Assembly: GCA_016181965.1 (NCBI GenBank)
Contig: JACOYH010000003.1
Location: 65,013-129,012 of the forward strand
Reading direction: 5' to 3'
Length of the DNA: 64,000 bases
Source of the DNA: Candidatus Nealsonbacteria bacterium
Lineage (GTDB): Bacteria; Patescibacteriota; Minisyncoccia; Minisyncoccales; MHMH01
The translations under genes were made by a program, and so were the position numbers. Under the pieces are notes generated by a model. The model was not told the DNA's origin, searched no databases, and saw only the letters and a list, made by a program, of their open reading frames with translations. Of the stretch, positions 42,761 through 49,859 are shown piece after piece (positions within the stretch are counted from its first letter, which is position 1; the number at the start of each line of letters is the position of its first letter).

Positions 42761-42859
42761 CGAAAAGGGGTCAGGTCCCTTTTTTTGAATCGAGTCAAAA
42801 AAAAGGGACCTGACCCCTTTTCGGACCCGGACCTTTTCGGACCTGACCCCTTTTCGGAC
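42761..42859. repeat. 26-bp inverted repeat plus short direct repeats (family D)
   Basis: The arms are CGAAAAGGGGTCAGGTCCCTTTTTTT and AAAAAAAGGGACCTGACCCCTTTTCG, separated by an 11-nt spacer. ACCTGACCCCTTTTCGGAC then recurs at 42808-42826 and 42841-42859, and CCTTTTCGGAC occurs 3 times. Confidence 0.8.
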
Positions 42860-42868
42860 GCAGTACAT

Positions 42869-42896
42869 TTGACAAAGTCAGTAAATGTGCTATAAT
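42869..42896 (+). promoter_or_regulatory. Consensus promoter with extended -10
   Basis: TTGACA (42869-42874), 16-nt spacer, TGC-TATAAT (42888-42896). Confidence 0.55.
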
Positions 42897-42921
42897 AGGG
42901 GCATGGAAGAAGGAGGATTCG

Positions 42922-43260
42922 ATGGAAATTCTTGCTCCTTTGATGGCGATCGGCATCATGATCTATGGGCTAATGCTCATGGGTCGTGGGCCGACATTTG
43001 CCAACCGGATGGTGGGCAGGGCCATCCGTTGGATCAATCGTCAGATTTGGCGGCTGGTTCGACGGCTGTTGCGCCTTTCGTGGCGCTGGCAGTGGGCCCT
43101 CAACAGAGCCGTCGCTCGCGGTCTCTGGTGGCTTGTTCGGAGAACCGGACGAATTATCAGGGCTGCGTGGCGGCGTTATCCTCATGCCAGTGGTCTCTTC
43201 TGGGGAGCATTGGCCGGGACAATCGGGACGATTCTAGCGGTACGCGCCGGGATCGTCTAA
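42922..43260 (+). CDS. Arg/Trp-rich 112-aa protein with hydrophobic termini, unknown function
   Basis: AAGGAGG lies 5 nt upstream of the ATG. By my count it has 19 R, 9 W, 0 K, 0 D and 1 E. It sits between a consensus promoter and terminators, and 43021-43080 is 58% G+C. Confidence 0.5.
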   Translation: MEILAPLMAIGIMIYGLMLMGRGPTFANRMVGRAIRWINRQIWRLVRRLLRLSWRWQWALNRAVARGLWWLVRRTGRIIRAAWRRYPHASGLFWGALAGTIGTILAVRAGIV

Positions 43261-43266
43261 TGGCAG

Positions 43267-43300
43267 GGGCGACCATAAAATGGCCGCCCTCTTTCTTTTT
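43267..43300 (+). terminator. Intrinsic terminator after the R/W-rich ORF
   Basis: Stem GGGCG-A-CCA/TGG-C-CGCCC, then TCTTTCTTTTT. Confidence 0.5.
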
Positions 43301-43305
43301 GCCGT

Positions 43306-43350
43306 GCCGAGGACTGTCCTTGCCAGAATCTGGCAAGGACAGTCCTCGGC
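43306..43350. repeat. 45-nt perfect palindrome
   Basis: GCCGAGGACTGTCCTTGCCAGA-A-TCTGGCAAGGACAGTCCTCGGC. Confidence 0.85.
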
Positions 43351-43378
43351 AAACTCGGCAGAATATACCGATTTTGGT

Positions 43379-43407
43379 TTGACTTGGCGGGGGTTATTTG
43401 GTATTAT
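43379..43407 (+). promoter_or_regulatory. Sigma70-like promoter for secE-nusG
   Basis: TTGACT (43379-43384), 17-nt spacer, TATTAT (43402-43407). Confidence 0.5.
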
Positions 43408-43416
43408 GAAAAAATC

Positions 43417-43602
43417 ATGATTGCTAAAGGAGTTAATTTTTTAAAGGAAGTTAAAATGGAGATACAGAAAATCAATTGGCCCGGCCGAGAGCAGACCATC
43501 CGTTATACGACGGTGGTTTTGGGTATTTCGCTGACAGTGGCTCTGTTTTTGGGGGGCTTGGATTTTCTCTTCACCTTGCTTTTAGAAAAATTCGTCATAT
43601 AA
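43417..43602 (+). CDS. secE: Preprotein translocase subunit SecE
   Basis: The ATG at 43417 gives MIAKGVNFLKEVKMEIQKINWPGREQTIRYTTVVLGISLTVALFLGGLDFLF. It lies upstream of nusG. Confidence 0.8.
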   Translation: MIAKGVNFLKEVKMEIQKINWPGREQTIRYTTVVLGISLTVALFLGGLDFLFTLLLEKFVI

Positions 43603-43603
43603 T

Positions 43604-44149
43604 ATGCCAAAACAGCAAATTGAACAACAAAGGGACTGGTATGTCATTCACACTTATTCCGGCTACGAAGATTCGGTAGCGAAAAATCTCAAGCAAAGGA
43701 TTGAATCCTTAGGCATGGAGGATAAAATTTTCAACGTTATTGTTCCCAAGGAGAAAAAAATTAAAATCAAAGAAGGCAAGCGCAGGGTGGTGGAGGAAAA
43801 GATTTACCCCGGCTATGTTTTGGTGGAAATGATTGTGACCGATGATTCCTGGTATGTGGTGCGAAATACCCCAAACGTTACCGGTTTTGTGGGAGCAGGC
43901 ACGACGCCCGTGCCGGTTTCCAATGAAGAGATTCAGGTATTGCAGAAAAAAATGGGCGTTGACACACCGCAGTTTAAGATTGACGTGATGGTGGGCGATT
44001 CGGTAAAAATTACTGACGGACCATTTAAGGATTTTGACGGCAAGGTCTCGGAGATTGATGAGGCGAGGGGAAAGGTAAAAGTGTTGGTCAATATGTTTGG
44101 CAGAGACACGCCGGTGGAATTGGATTCATTACAAATTAAGAAAATTTAA
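43604..44149 (+). CDS. nusG: Transcription termination/antitermination factor NusG
   Basis: WYVIHTYSGYEDSV...FPGYVLVEM...VRNTPNVTGFVG...GDSVKITDGPFKDFDGKV (KOW). Confidence 0.95.
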   Translation: MPKQQIEQQRDWYVIHTYSGYEDSVAKNLKQRIESLGMEDKIFNVIVPKEKKIKIKEGKRRVVEEKIYPGYVLVEMIVTDDSWYVVRNTPNVTGFVGAGTTPVPVSNEEIQVLQKKMGVDTPQFKIDVMVGDSVKITDGPFKDFDGKVSEIDEARGKVKVLVNMFGRDTPVELDSLQIKKI

Positions 44150-44195
44150 TCTATATTAACTTATTATTGAAATAGCAACTGGTTGTTTAGTGGGC

Positions 44196-44243
44196 ATTGC
44201 TTAGCTTAGCTAAGCAACTAGTTGCTTAGCTAAGCTAAGCAAT
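44196..44243. repeat. Palindromic repeat family C, abutting the rplK start codon
   Basis: ATTGCTTAGCTTAGCTAAGCAAC-TA-GTTGCTTAGCTAAGCTAAGCAAT, with 23-nt arms. The rplK ATG is at 44244. Confidence 0.85.
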
Positions 44244-44669
44244 ATGGCAAAAAAAATTAAGGCAATCGTAAAACTTCAGATCAAGGCAGGACAGGCGACT
44301 CCGGCTCCTCCGGTGGGGCCGGCTCTGGCGCAACACGGAGTTAATATTTCCGAGTTTTGCCAGAAGTTTAATGAAGCCACTAAAGCGAAGATGGGTTTTA
44401 AAATACCAGCAGAAATAACTATTTTTGAAGATAGGACATATACTTTCAAGCTAAAACAGCCGCCCGCTTCCGAGCTTATTAAAAAAATTGTCGGCATTGA
44501 GACAGGTTCGGGCGAGCCAAACAAAAAGAAAGTGGGTAAAATTACCCGGGCACAGCTTCGCCAAGTTGCCGAACAGAAAATGGAGGACTTAAATGCTCAT
44601 GATATCGAAGCCGCAATGAAAATTATCGAAGGTACGGCAAAAAATATGGGCATTGAGGTAACTTCCTAA
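44244..44669 (+). CDS. rplK: 50S ribosomal protein L11
   Basis: [34 protein letters not shown], the uL11 N-terminal signature. Confidence 0.95.
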   Translation: MAKKIKAIVKLQIKAGQATPAPPVGPALAQHGVNISEFCQKFNEATKAKMGFKIPAEITIFEDRTYTFKLKQPPASELIKKIVGIETGSGEPNKKKVGKITRAQLRQVAEQKMEDLNAHDIEAAMKIIEGTAKNMGIEVTS

Positions 44670-45235
44670 TGGAAAATCAAACGAACAATAATATAAGGCC
44701 AAGTTGGGATGAGTTCTGGTTTACCTTGGCTCTTTTTTATTCTACCCGGGGAACATGCAACCGCTTGAGGGCGGCCTGTTTGTTAATTGATAAAAATAAT
44801 CGGTTAGTCGGGGCGGGATACAACGGTTCTTTGCCGGGCCACCCGCACTGCGACGAAGTTGGGCATTTGATGGTTGATGGGCACTGTATCCGCACATTGC
44901 ACGCAGAGGTCAACGCTATTTTGCACAGCACCGGCGATTTAGAGGGAGCCACTGCCTATATTTTGGGGACGCCCTGTATTGACTGTGTAAGAAAACTGCT
45001 TGCCAAAAAAGTAAAGACAATTATTTTTACCCGCGACTACGACAACCAGGCGCGCGGCGGCGAGTATATTCTTGAATTAGTCAAAACCTCCGGCGCGGAA
45101 ATAAAGCGCATGGATATCGATTTTCATAAGACATTGGCTAAAGAGACAGCGATTTTGGCGGGTCCCGGTGGCGCTTTTTTTGATCCTGATATACAATTGG
45201 CAATGTATTGGCAAAGGAGGGAAGATGAAAAATAA
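44669..45235 (+). CDS. comEB: dCMP deaminase (ComEB-type)
   Basis: HAEVNAI and PCIDCVRKL zinc-ligand motifs, and a WDEFWFTLA N-terminus typical of dCMP deaminases. Confidence 0.85.
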   Translation: MENQTNNNIRPSWDEFWFTLALFYSTRGTCNRLRAACLLIDKNNRLVGAGYNGSLPGHPHCDEVGHLMVDGHCIRTLHAEVNAILHSTGDLEGATAYILGTPCIDCVRKLLAKKVKTIIFTRDYDNQARGGEYILELVKTSGAEIKRMDIDFHKTLAKETAILAGPGGAFFDPDIQLAMYWQRREDEK

Positions 45236-45851
45236 TCCGTACCAAGGCAAATTTATCGTCATAGAAGGATTGGACGGATCTGGCCAAACAACCCAAACAG
45301 CTCTTTTAAAAGATTTTTTGGAAAAAAACGGCTTTCCGGTTCTATCAACCAAGGAGCCAACAATGGATTCGGAAGCAGGAAAGAAAATTCGCGCCATATT
45401 AGATGAAAAGGTTAGCATTGAGTCCATGGAGCTGCAAAAGCTGTTCACGGAAGACAGACGACAGCATTTGGCAAACCGGATTGTTCCAGCCCTGCAAGCG
45501 GGACAAATGGTTATATCCGACCGCTATTATTTTTCCACTTTCGCTTTCGGCGCTTCAGACGGCCTTGGATTGGAAGAGCTCATTGCAATGAACGACGAAT
45601 TTCTGTTGCCCGATCTGACAATTGTTCTGCAGGTCTCTCCCGCTGTCTGTATTGCAAGAATACAAAAGAGAGGGACACCCGTAACCCTTTTTGAAAAAGA
45701 GCAGAAATTGGCCCGGGTTTGGCAGACCTACGCAATGATGCCAAAACGTTTTCCGAATGTGCACGTCGTTGACGGCGAGCGGCCGATTGAGGAAATAGCC
45801 GAAGAAATAAAACAATTGGCGCAATCAACATTAAACATATCCAAGGAGTAA
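45225..45851 (+). CDS. tmk: Thymidylate kinase
   Basis: AAAGGAGG precedes the ATG at 45225. GKFIVIEGLDGSGQTTQ P-loop and DRYYFST. Confidence 0.9.
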   Translation: MKNNPYQGKFIVIEGLDGSGQTTQTALLKDFLEKNGFPVLSTKEPTMDSEAGKKIRAILDEKVSIESMELQKLFTEDRRQHLANRIVPALQAGQMVISDRYYFSTFAFGASDGLGLEELIAMNDEFLLPDLTIVLQVSPAVCIARIQKRGTPVTLFEKEQKLARVWQTYAMMPKRFPNVHVVDGERPIEEIAEEIKQLAQSTLNISKE

Positions 45852-45853
45852 AT

Positions 45854-47149
45854 ATGGCCAAGATATTTGTCATTGACGAATTTAATCCTCAAGATGCCGC
45901 AATGCTGCAGGCCCTGTATTCAAGGAGTCCGCGCAGCGTTGAAGAGCATGTTGCAAAAGTAAGACAAAGCGGCTCCGGAAGATTCATGGAACAGTTCTAT
46001 GTTGGCTACGGGCACGCCAGTATTGCTGACTGCGGCAGCACGACACTTTTTGTTGAAGGCATAAGCATCTTAGCCGATAAGGCCATTCAGGACTGGCCTC
46101 TCTACAGCGGTCAGGAAACCAGTACGCGTTACGTGGATATGTCCAGACAGCCGATTATTGACCCACTCCAAACGCCGCAATCAAAGAGCATCTTGGATCA
46201 CTGGTTGAATTTCTATATTGCCAGCCAGCCGATAATGGAGAGCTTTTTAACGGCAAAATACCCCCGGCAAGCAGATGAGCAAGAGGGCGTCTATCAAAAG
46301 GCCATAAAAGCAAGGGTTTTTGACATCATGAGGGGTTTTTTACCGGCCGGCATCACCACGCAGTTGAGCTGGCATACCAATTTGCGCCAGGCCTACGATA
46401 AGCTCTCTTGGTTGAGGCATAATCCTGTTCCCGAAATTAGGGAGACAGCGGAAAATATCTTAGCCATGCTGAAAGAGAAATATCCTCAAAGTTTCAGCCA
46501 CCAGATAGTGGATGAACAAGAGGATTTCCGCGAGAATACATCTAGACGCTACGCTTACTATCTGCCGGAACAGCCGATTAGCGAATTTTCTCTCCGGACC
46601 AACATTAATTCTACCGAGCTGGCAAAGTATTTGGATATTATTGAAAGTCGTCCGGCTAAAACCGGTTTGCCGTATTTTCTGGCAGAGCTTGGCAATGTGA
46701 CTTTTGACTTTCTGTTGGATTTCGGCGCTTTCCGCGACATCCAAAGGCATCGCAACGGTGTTTGCCGTATGCCCCTGCTGACAACGGGGCTGGGGTTTAA
46801 CACTTGGTATTTAGGCGAATTGCCGGAAGATTTGAGGGAAGAGGCGCAGACACTCATTGCCCAACAGAAGACAGCTATTGAACAATTAGAGGGCCCGAGC
46901 GAGCTCAAGCAGTACTACGTTGCCCTGGGATTTAATGTGCCTTGCCGCGTTACGTACGGATTGCCAGCCACGGTTTATGTGACCGAATTGCGCTCGGGCA
47001 GAATGGTTCACCCGACTCTGCGAAAAATTGCCCTAAAAATGCGCGAGGCCTTGCTGAAAGAATTTCCCAATCTGGTTTTGCATTGCGACTTGACTCCAAG
47101 CCAATGGGACGTTTCGCGGGGACTACAGGATATCGTTGAAAAAAAATAG
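45854..47149 (+). CDS. ThyX-like (flavin-dependent thymidylate synthase family) protein, long divergent form
   Basis: SGQETSTRYV, FRDIQRHRNG and TELRSGRMVHPTLRKIA resemble the ThyX motifs (RHR, S-x-RY, LR..AQ.EIR). The gene sits among dTMP/folate genes. Confidence 0.5.
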   Translation: MAKIFVIDEFNPQDAAMLQALYSRSPRSVEEHVAKVRQSGSGRFMEQFYVGYGHASIADCGSTTLFVEGISILADKAIQDWPLYSGQETSTRYVDMSRQPIIDPLQTPQSKSILDHWLNFYIASQPIMESFLTAKYPRQADEQEGVYQKAIKARVFDIMRGFLPAGITTQLSWHTNLRQAYDKLSWLRHNPVPEIRETAENILAMLKEKYPQSFSHQIVDEQEDFRENTSRRYAYYLPEQPISEFSLRTNINSTELAKYLDIIESRPAKTGLPYFLAELGNVTFDFLLDFGAFRDIQRHRNGVCRMPLLTTGLGFNTWYLGELPEDLREEAQTLIAQQKTAIEQLEGPSELKQYYVALGFNVPCRVTYGLPATVYVTELRSGRMVHPTLRKIALKMREALLKEFPNLVLHCDLTPSQWDVSRGLQDIVEKK

Positions 47150-47164
47150 AAATCTAAAAGACAA

Positions 47165-47191
47165 GGGGGGTTTCCAAGAACCCCCTTTTTT
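47165..47191 (+). terminator. Intrinsic terminator
   Basis: Stem GGGGGTT/AACCCCC with a 6-nt loop, then TTTTTT. Confidence 0.6.
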
Positions 47192-47205
47192 ATTAGAATA
47201 AGAAT

Positions 47206-48438
47206 ATGAACTTACAGAAAACAGACCCTAAAATTTATAATTTACTCAAAAAGGAAATTAAGCGGCAGCAGGAAGGAATGGAGTTGATCGCCTCGGAAAA
47301 TTATGTTTCAAGGGCAGTGCTTGAGGCGCTTGGTTCTGTTTTTACCAATAAATATTCAGAGGGCTATCCGGGCAAAAGATACTATGGGGGTCAGGCCTAT
47401 ACCGATGAGGTTGAAAGTTTAGCGATTGAGCGGGCCAAGAAACTTTTTGAGGCCGAGCACGTAAATGTCCAGCCGCTTTCGGGCGCGCCAGCCAATATGA
47501 TTGTTTACAGCGCTGTTCTACAGCCGGGAGATAAGGTTTTGGGCATGGATTTGTCTCATGGGGGCCATTTAACGCACGGGCATCCCGTAACATTAGCTGC
47601 TAAAATCTATAATTTTGTAAGGTACAAGACAGCATCAGACGGCCTGCTTGATTACCAAGAACTCGAACGTCTCGCGCTTCAAGAAAAACCAAAGTTAATG
47701 CTGGCTGGATTTTCGGCCTATACAAGGCAGATTGACTATAAAAAATTCTGCGACATCGCTAAAAAAGTCGGCGCAATCACTATGTTTGATATGGCTCATA
47801 TCGCCGGGCTTATCGCCGGCAAGGTTCTTCCCAATCCTGTTCCATACTTTGACATTGTTACCACAACGACCCATAAGACCCTAAGGGGTCCGCGAGGCGG
47901 AATGATTCTGTGCAAACAAGAGTTTGCCAAAGCCATTGATAAGGCGTGTTTTCCCGGTTTTCAGGGCGGGCCTCATATGAACAATGTCGCGGCCAAAGCC
48001 GTGGCTTTCAAAGAGGCCTCAATGCCGTCTTTTCGCGGTTACGCCAAACAGGTTGTAAAGAATGCGAAGGTTTTAGAAGAAGAGATGAAAAATTACGGCT
48101 TCAAATTGCTCTTTGGCGGCACAGACAATCATATGGTTTTGGTTGATGTTTTTGGCTCAAAGGGCCTAAGCGGGAAAGAAGTTGAGGTGGTTTTGGATGA
48201 AATTGGCATTACCGTTAATAAGAATATGATTCCCGACGATTCGCGAAGTCCCATGGACCCAAGCGGAGTCCGAATCGGCGTACCGGCGGTGACTACCCGA
48301 GGAATGAAAGAAAAAGAAATAAAACAGATAGCCGCGTGGATTAATTCGGCCATTGAAAACAGGAAACAAAAGCAGGCCTTAAATAAGCTGCGCAGGGAAG
48401 TCACGCAAATGTGCAAAAGATTTCCTATTCCAATATGA
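47206..48438 (+). CDS. glyA: Serine hydroxymethyltransferase
   Basis: LIASENYVSRAVLEALGS...YPGKRYYGG...TTTTHKTLRGPRGG, the PLP-lysine motif. Confidence 0.95.
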   Translation: MNLQKTDPKIYNLLKKEIKRQQEGMELIASENYVSRAVLEALGSVFTNKYSEGYPGKRYYGGQAYTDEVESLAIERAKKLFEAEHVNVQPLSGAPANMIVYSAVLQPGDKVLGMDLSHGGHLTHGHPVTLAAKIYNFVRYKTASDGLLDYQELERLALQEKPKLMLAGFSAYTRQIDYKKFCDIAKKVGAITMFDMAHIAGLIAGKVLPNPVPYFDIVTTTTHKTLRGPRGGMILCKQEFAKAIDKACFPGFQGGPHMNNVAAKAVAFKEASMPSFRGYAKQVVKNAKVLEEEMKNYGFKLLFGGTDNHMVLVDVFGSKGLSGKEVEVVLDEIGITVNKNMIPDDSRSPMDPSGVRIGVPAVTTRGMKEKEIKQIAAWINSAIENRKQKQALNKLRREVTQMCKRFPIPI

Positions 48439-49238
48439 AAATTTTTAATGGGAAGAAAGAAGCCGAGAAAATTCTCGCGCAGTTGAAACAGAAAATTGGA
48501 AAGAACGCGCGGCCAAAGTTGGCCGTCATTGGTGTTAAGCCCGACCTTGCATCGCAGCTTTATATTAGAAATAAAAAGAAGGCGGCCAAGCAGATCGGCA
48601 TTAAAGTTGCCTATTATGAATTGAAGAACGAAAGCGATGTTATTAAAAAAATACAGCAGCTCAACGCAAACCCCTCGGTGCACGGCATCATTGTTCAGTT
48701 GCCGCTGCCAAAAAATTTCAATGTCGATCGCGTCATCGGATTCATCGACCCCTCAAAGGATGTCGACGGTTTCCAGCAAAACAGTCCCTTATCGCCAGTG
48801 CTTCCGACGGCTATATTGATAGCCCTCAAAAAAGCAAATAGAAAAATCAAAAAGGCGACAGCCCTTGTGAATTCAAAGACGCTGGGAGAAACCATAAAGA
48901 ATTTTTTAACAAAAGAGGGCATACGGGTAAATTATTTATTGAGCGAATCAATCGCTCAACTTCCCCCCGTCGATGTTCTGATTACGGTTTGCGGTTGTCC
49001 CGGGATTATTAAAGGTGATATGATAAAAGAAGGAGCTATTTTAATAGATGCAGGCATAAGCATGGTGGGGGGCAAAATACTGGGGGACGTAGGCCGGGAA
49101 AGTGTCGCGAAAAAAGCCGCTTTTCTGACGCCGGTGCCCGGCGGCATTGGACCACTCACCGTGGCCTTATTATTGAAAAACGTATATTCGGCATATGGAA
49201 ATAGCAAAAATCATAGACCATACAAACCTTCGCGCTGA
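48435..49238 (+). CDS. folD: Methylenetetrahydrofolate dehydrogenase/cyclohydrolase
   Basis: The ATG at 48435 overlaps the glyA stop (ATGA). VHGIIVQLPLP...DVDGF...TPVPGGIGPLTVALLL. Confidence 0.9.
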   Translation: MKIFNGKKEAEKILAQLKQKIGKNARPKLAVIGVKPDLASQLYIRNKKKAAKQIGIKVAYYELKNESDVIKKIQQLNANPSVHGIIVQLPLPKNFNVDRVIGFIDPSKDVDGFQQNSPLSPVLPTAILIALKKANRKIKKATALVNSKTLGETIKNFLTKEGIRVNYLLSESIAQLPPVDVLITVCGCPGIIKGDMIKEGAILIDAGISMVGGKILGDVGRESVAKKAAFLTPVPGGIGPLTVALLLKNVYSAYGNSKNHRPYKPSR

Positions 49239-49857
49239 CGCTACCGAGGAGGCAATTGTTAAGTTATGCAAGGAAGCTAAGCAATACGAATTTCGTTCGG
49301 TTTGCGTAAATCCGAGGTGGGCTAAGCTCGCCAAGGCGCAGTTAAAAGGAACAAATATCAAAGTGGTTGTCGTTGTTGACTGGCCCAATGGGGCATCGCC
49401 CAACGATGTTCGGCTATTTCAGGCAGAAAGAGCCAGAAAAGACGGCGCTGACGAAATTGATCCGGTCTTAGACATCGGCAATTTTAAAATGGGCAATTAT
49501 GATTTAGTCTTAAGCGAATTAAGAGAGTTGGCTAAGATTTTGCCCGTTAAATTGATTATTGAAACAGGATATTTAACCGATGAGGAAATTAAAAAAGCCG
49601 CTGTTTTGGTGAAAAATGCCGGCTGTTACTGCGTTAAGACGTCAACCGGGCAAGAACCGAAAGTGGATATTGATGCAAAAGTGGAACATATTAAATTAAT
49701 CAAAGAGGCCGTGGGTCCAGATTTTCCCATTAAGGCGGCCGGCGGAATCAAAACCATGGGTGACGCTAAGCGGGCGGTGGAGGCGGGAGCCAACATTATA
49801 GGCACCAGTTCCGGCTTAAAAATTATTGGAATATCCAACGAAGGAGGTGATTACTAA
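49195..49857 (+). CDS. deoC: Deoxyribose-phosphate aldolase
   Basis: IDHTNLRADATEE...VCVNP...VKTSTG (Schiff-base Lys region)...AGGIKT. Confidence 0.9.
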   Translation: MEIAKIIDHTNLRADATEEAIVKLCKEAKQYEFRSVCVNPRWAKLAKAQLKGTNIKVVVVVDWPNGASPNDVRLFQAERARKDGADEIDPVLDIGNFKMGNYDLVLSELRELAKILPVKLIIETGYLTDEEIKKAAVLVKNAGCYCVKTSTGQEPKVDIDAKVEHIKLIKEAVGPDFPIKAAGGIKTMGDAKRAVEAGANIIGTSSGLKIIGISNEGGDY

Positions 49858-49859
49858 TC

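Noticed and set aside
42885-43382. Alternative 165-aa ORF (also 42986-43237 on the plus strand and 42970-43185 on the minus strand) over the R/W-rich cassette
   Set aside because: All frames are open because of high G+C. Only the 42922 ATG has a well-spaced AAGGAGG and ends before the terminator. The 165-aa frame would read through the terminator and the palindrome.
48129-48683. 184-aa minus-strand ORF
   Set aside because: It is antisense to the glyA 3' end and the folD 5' end, both of which are strongly supported.
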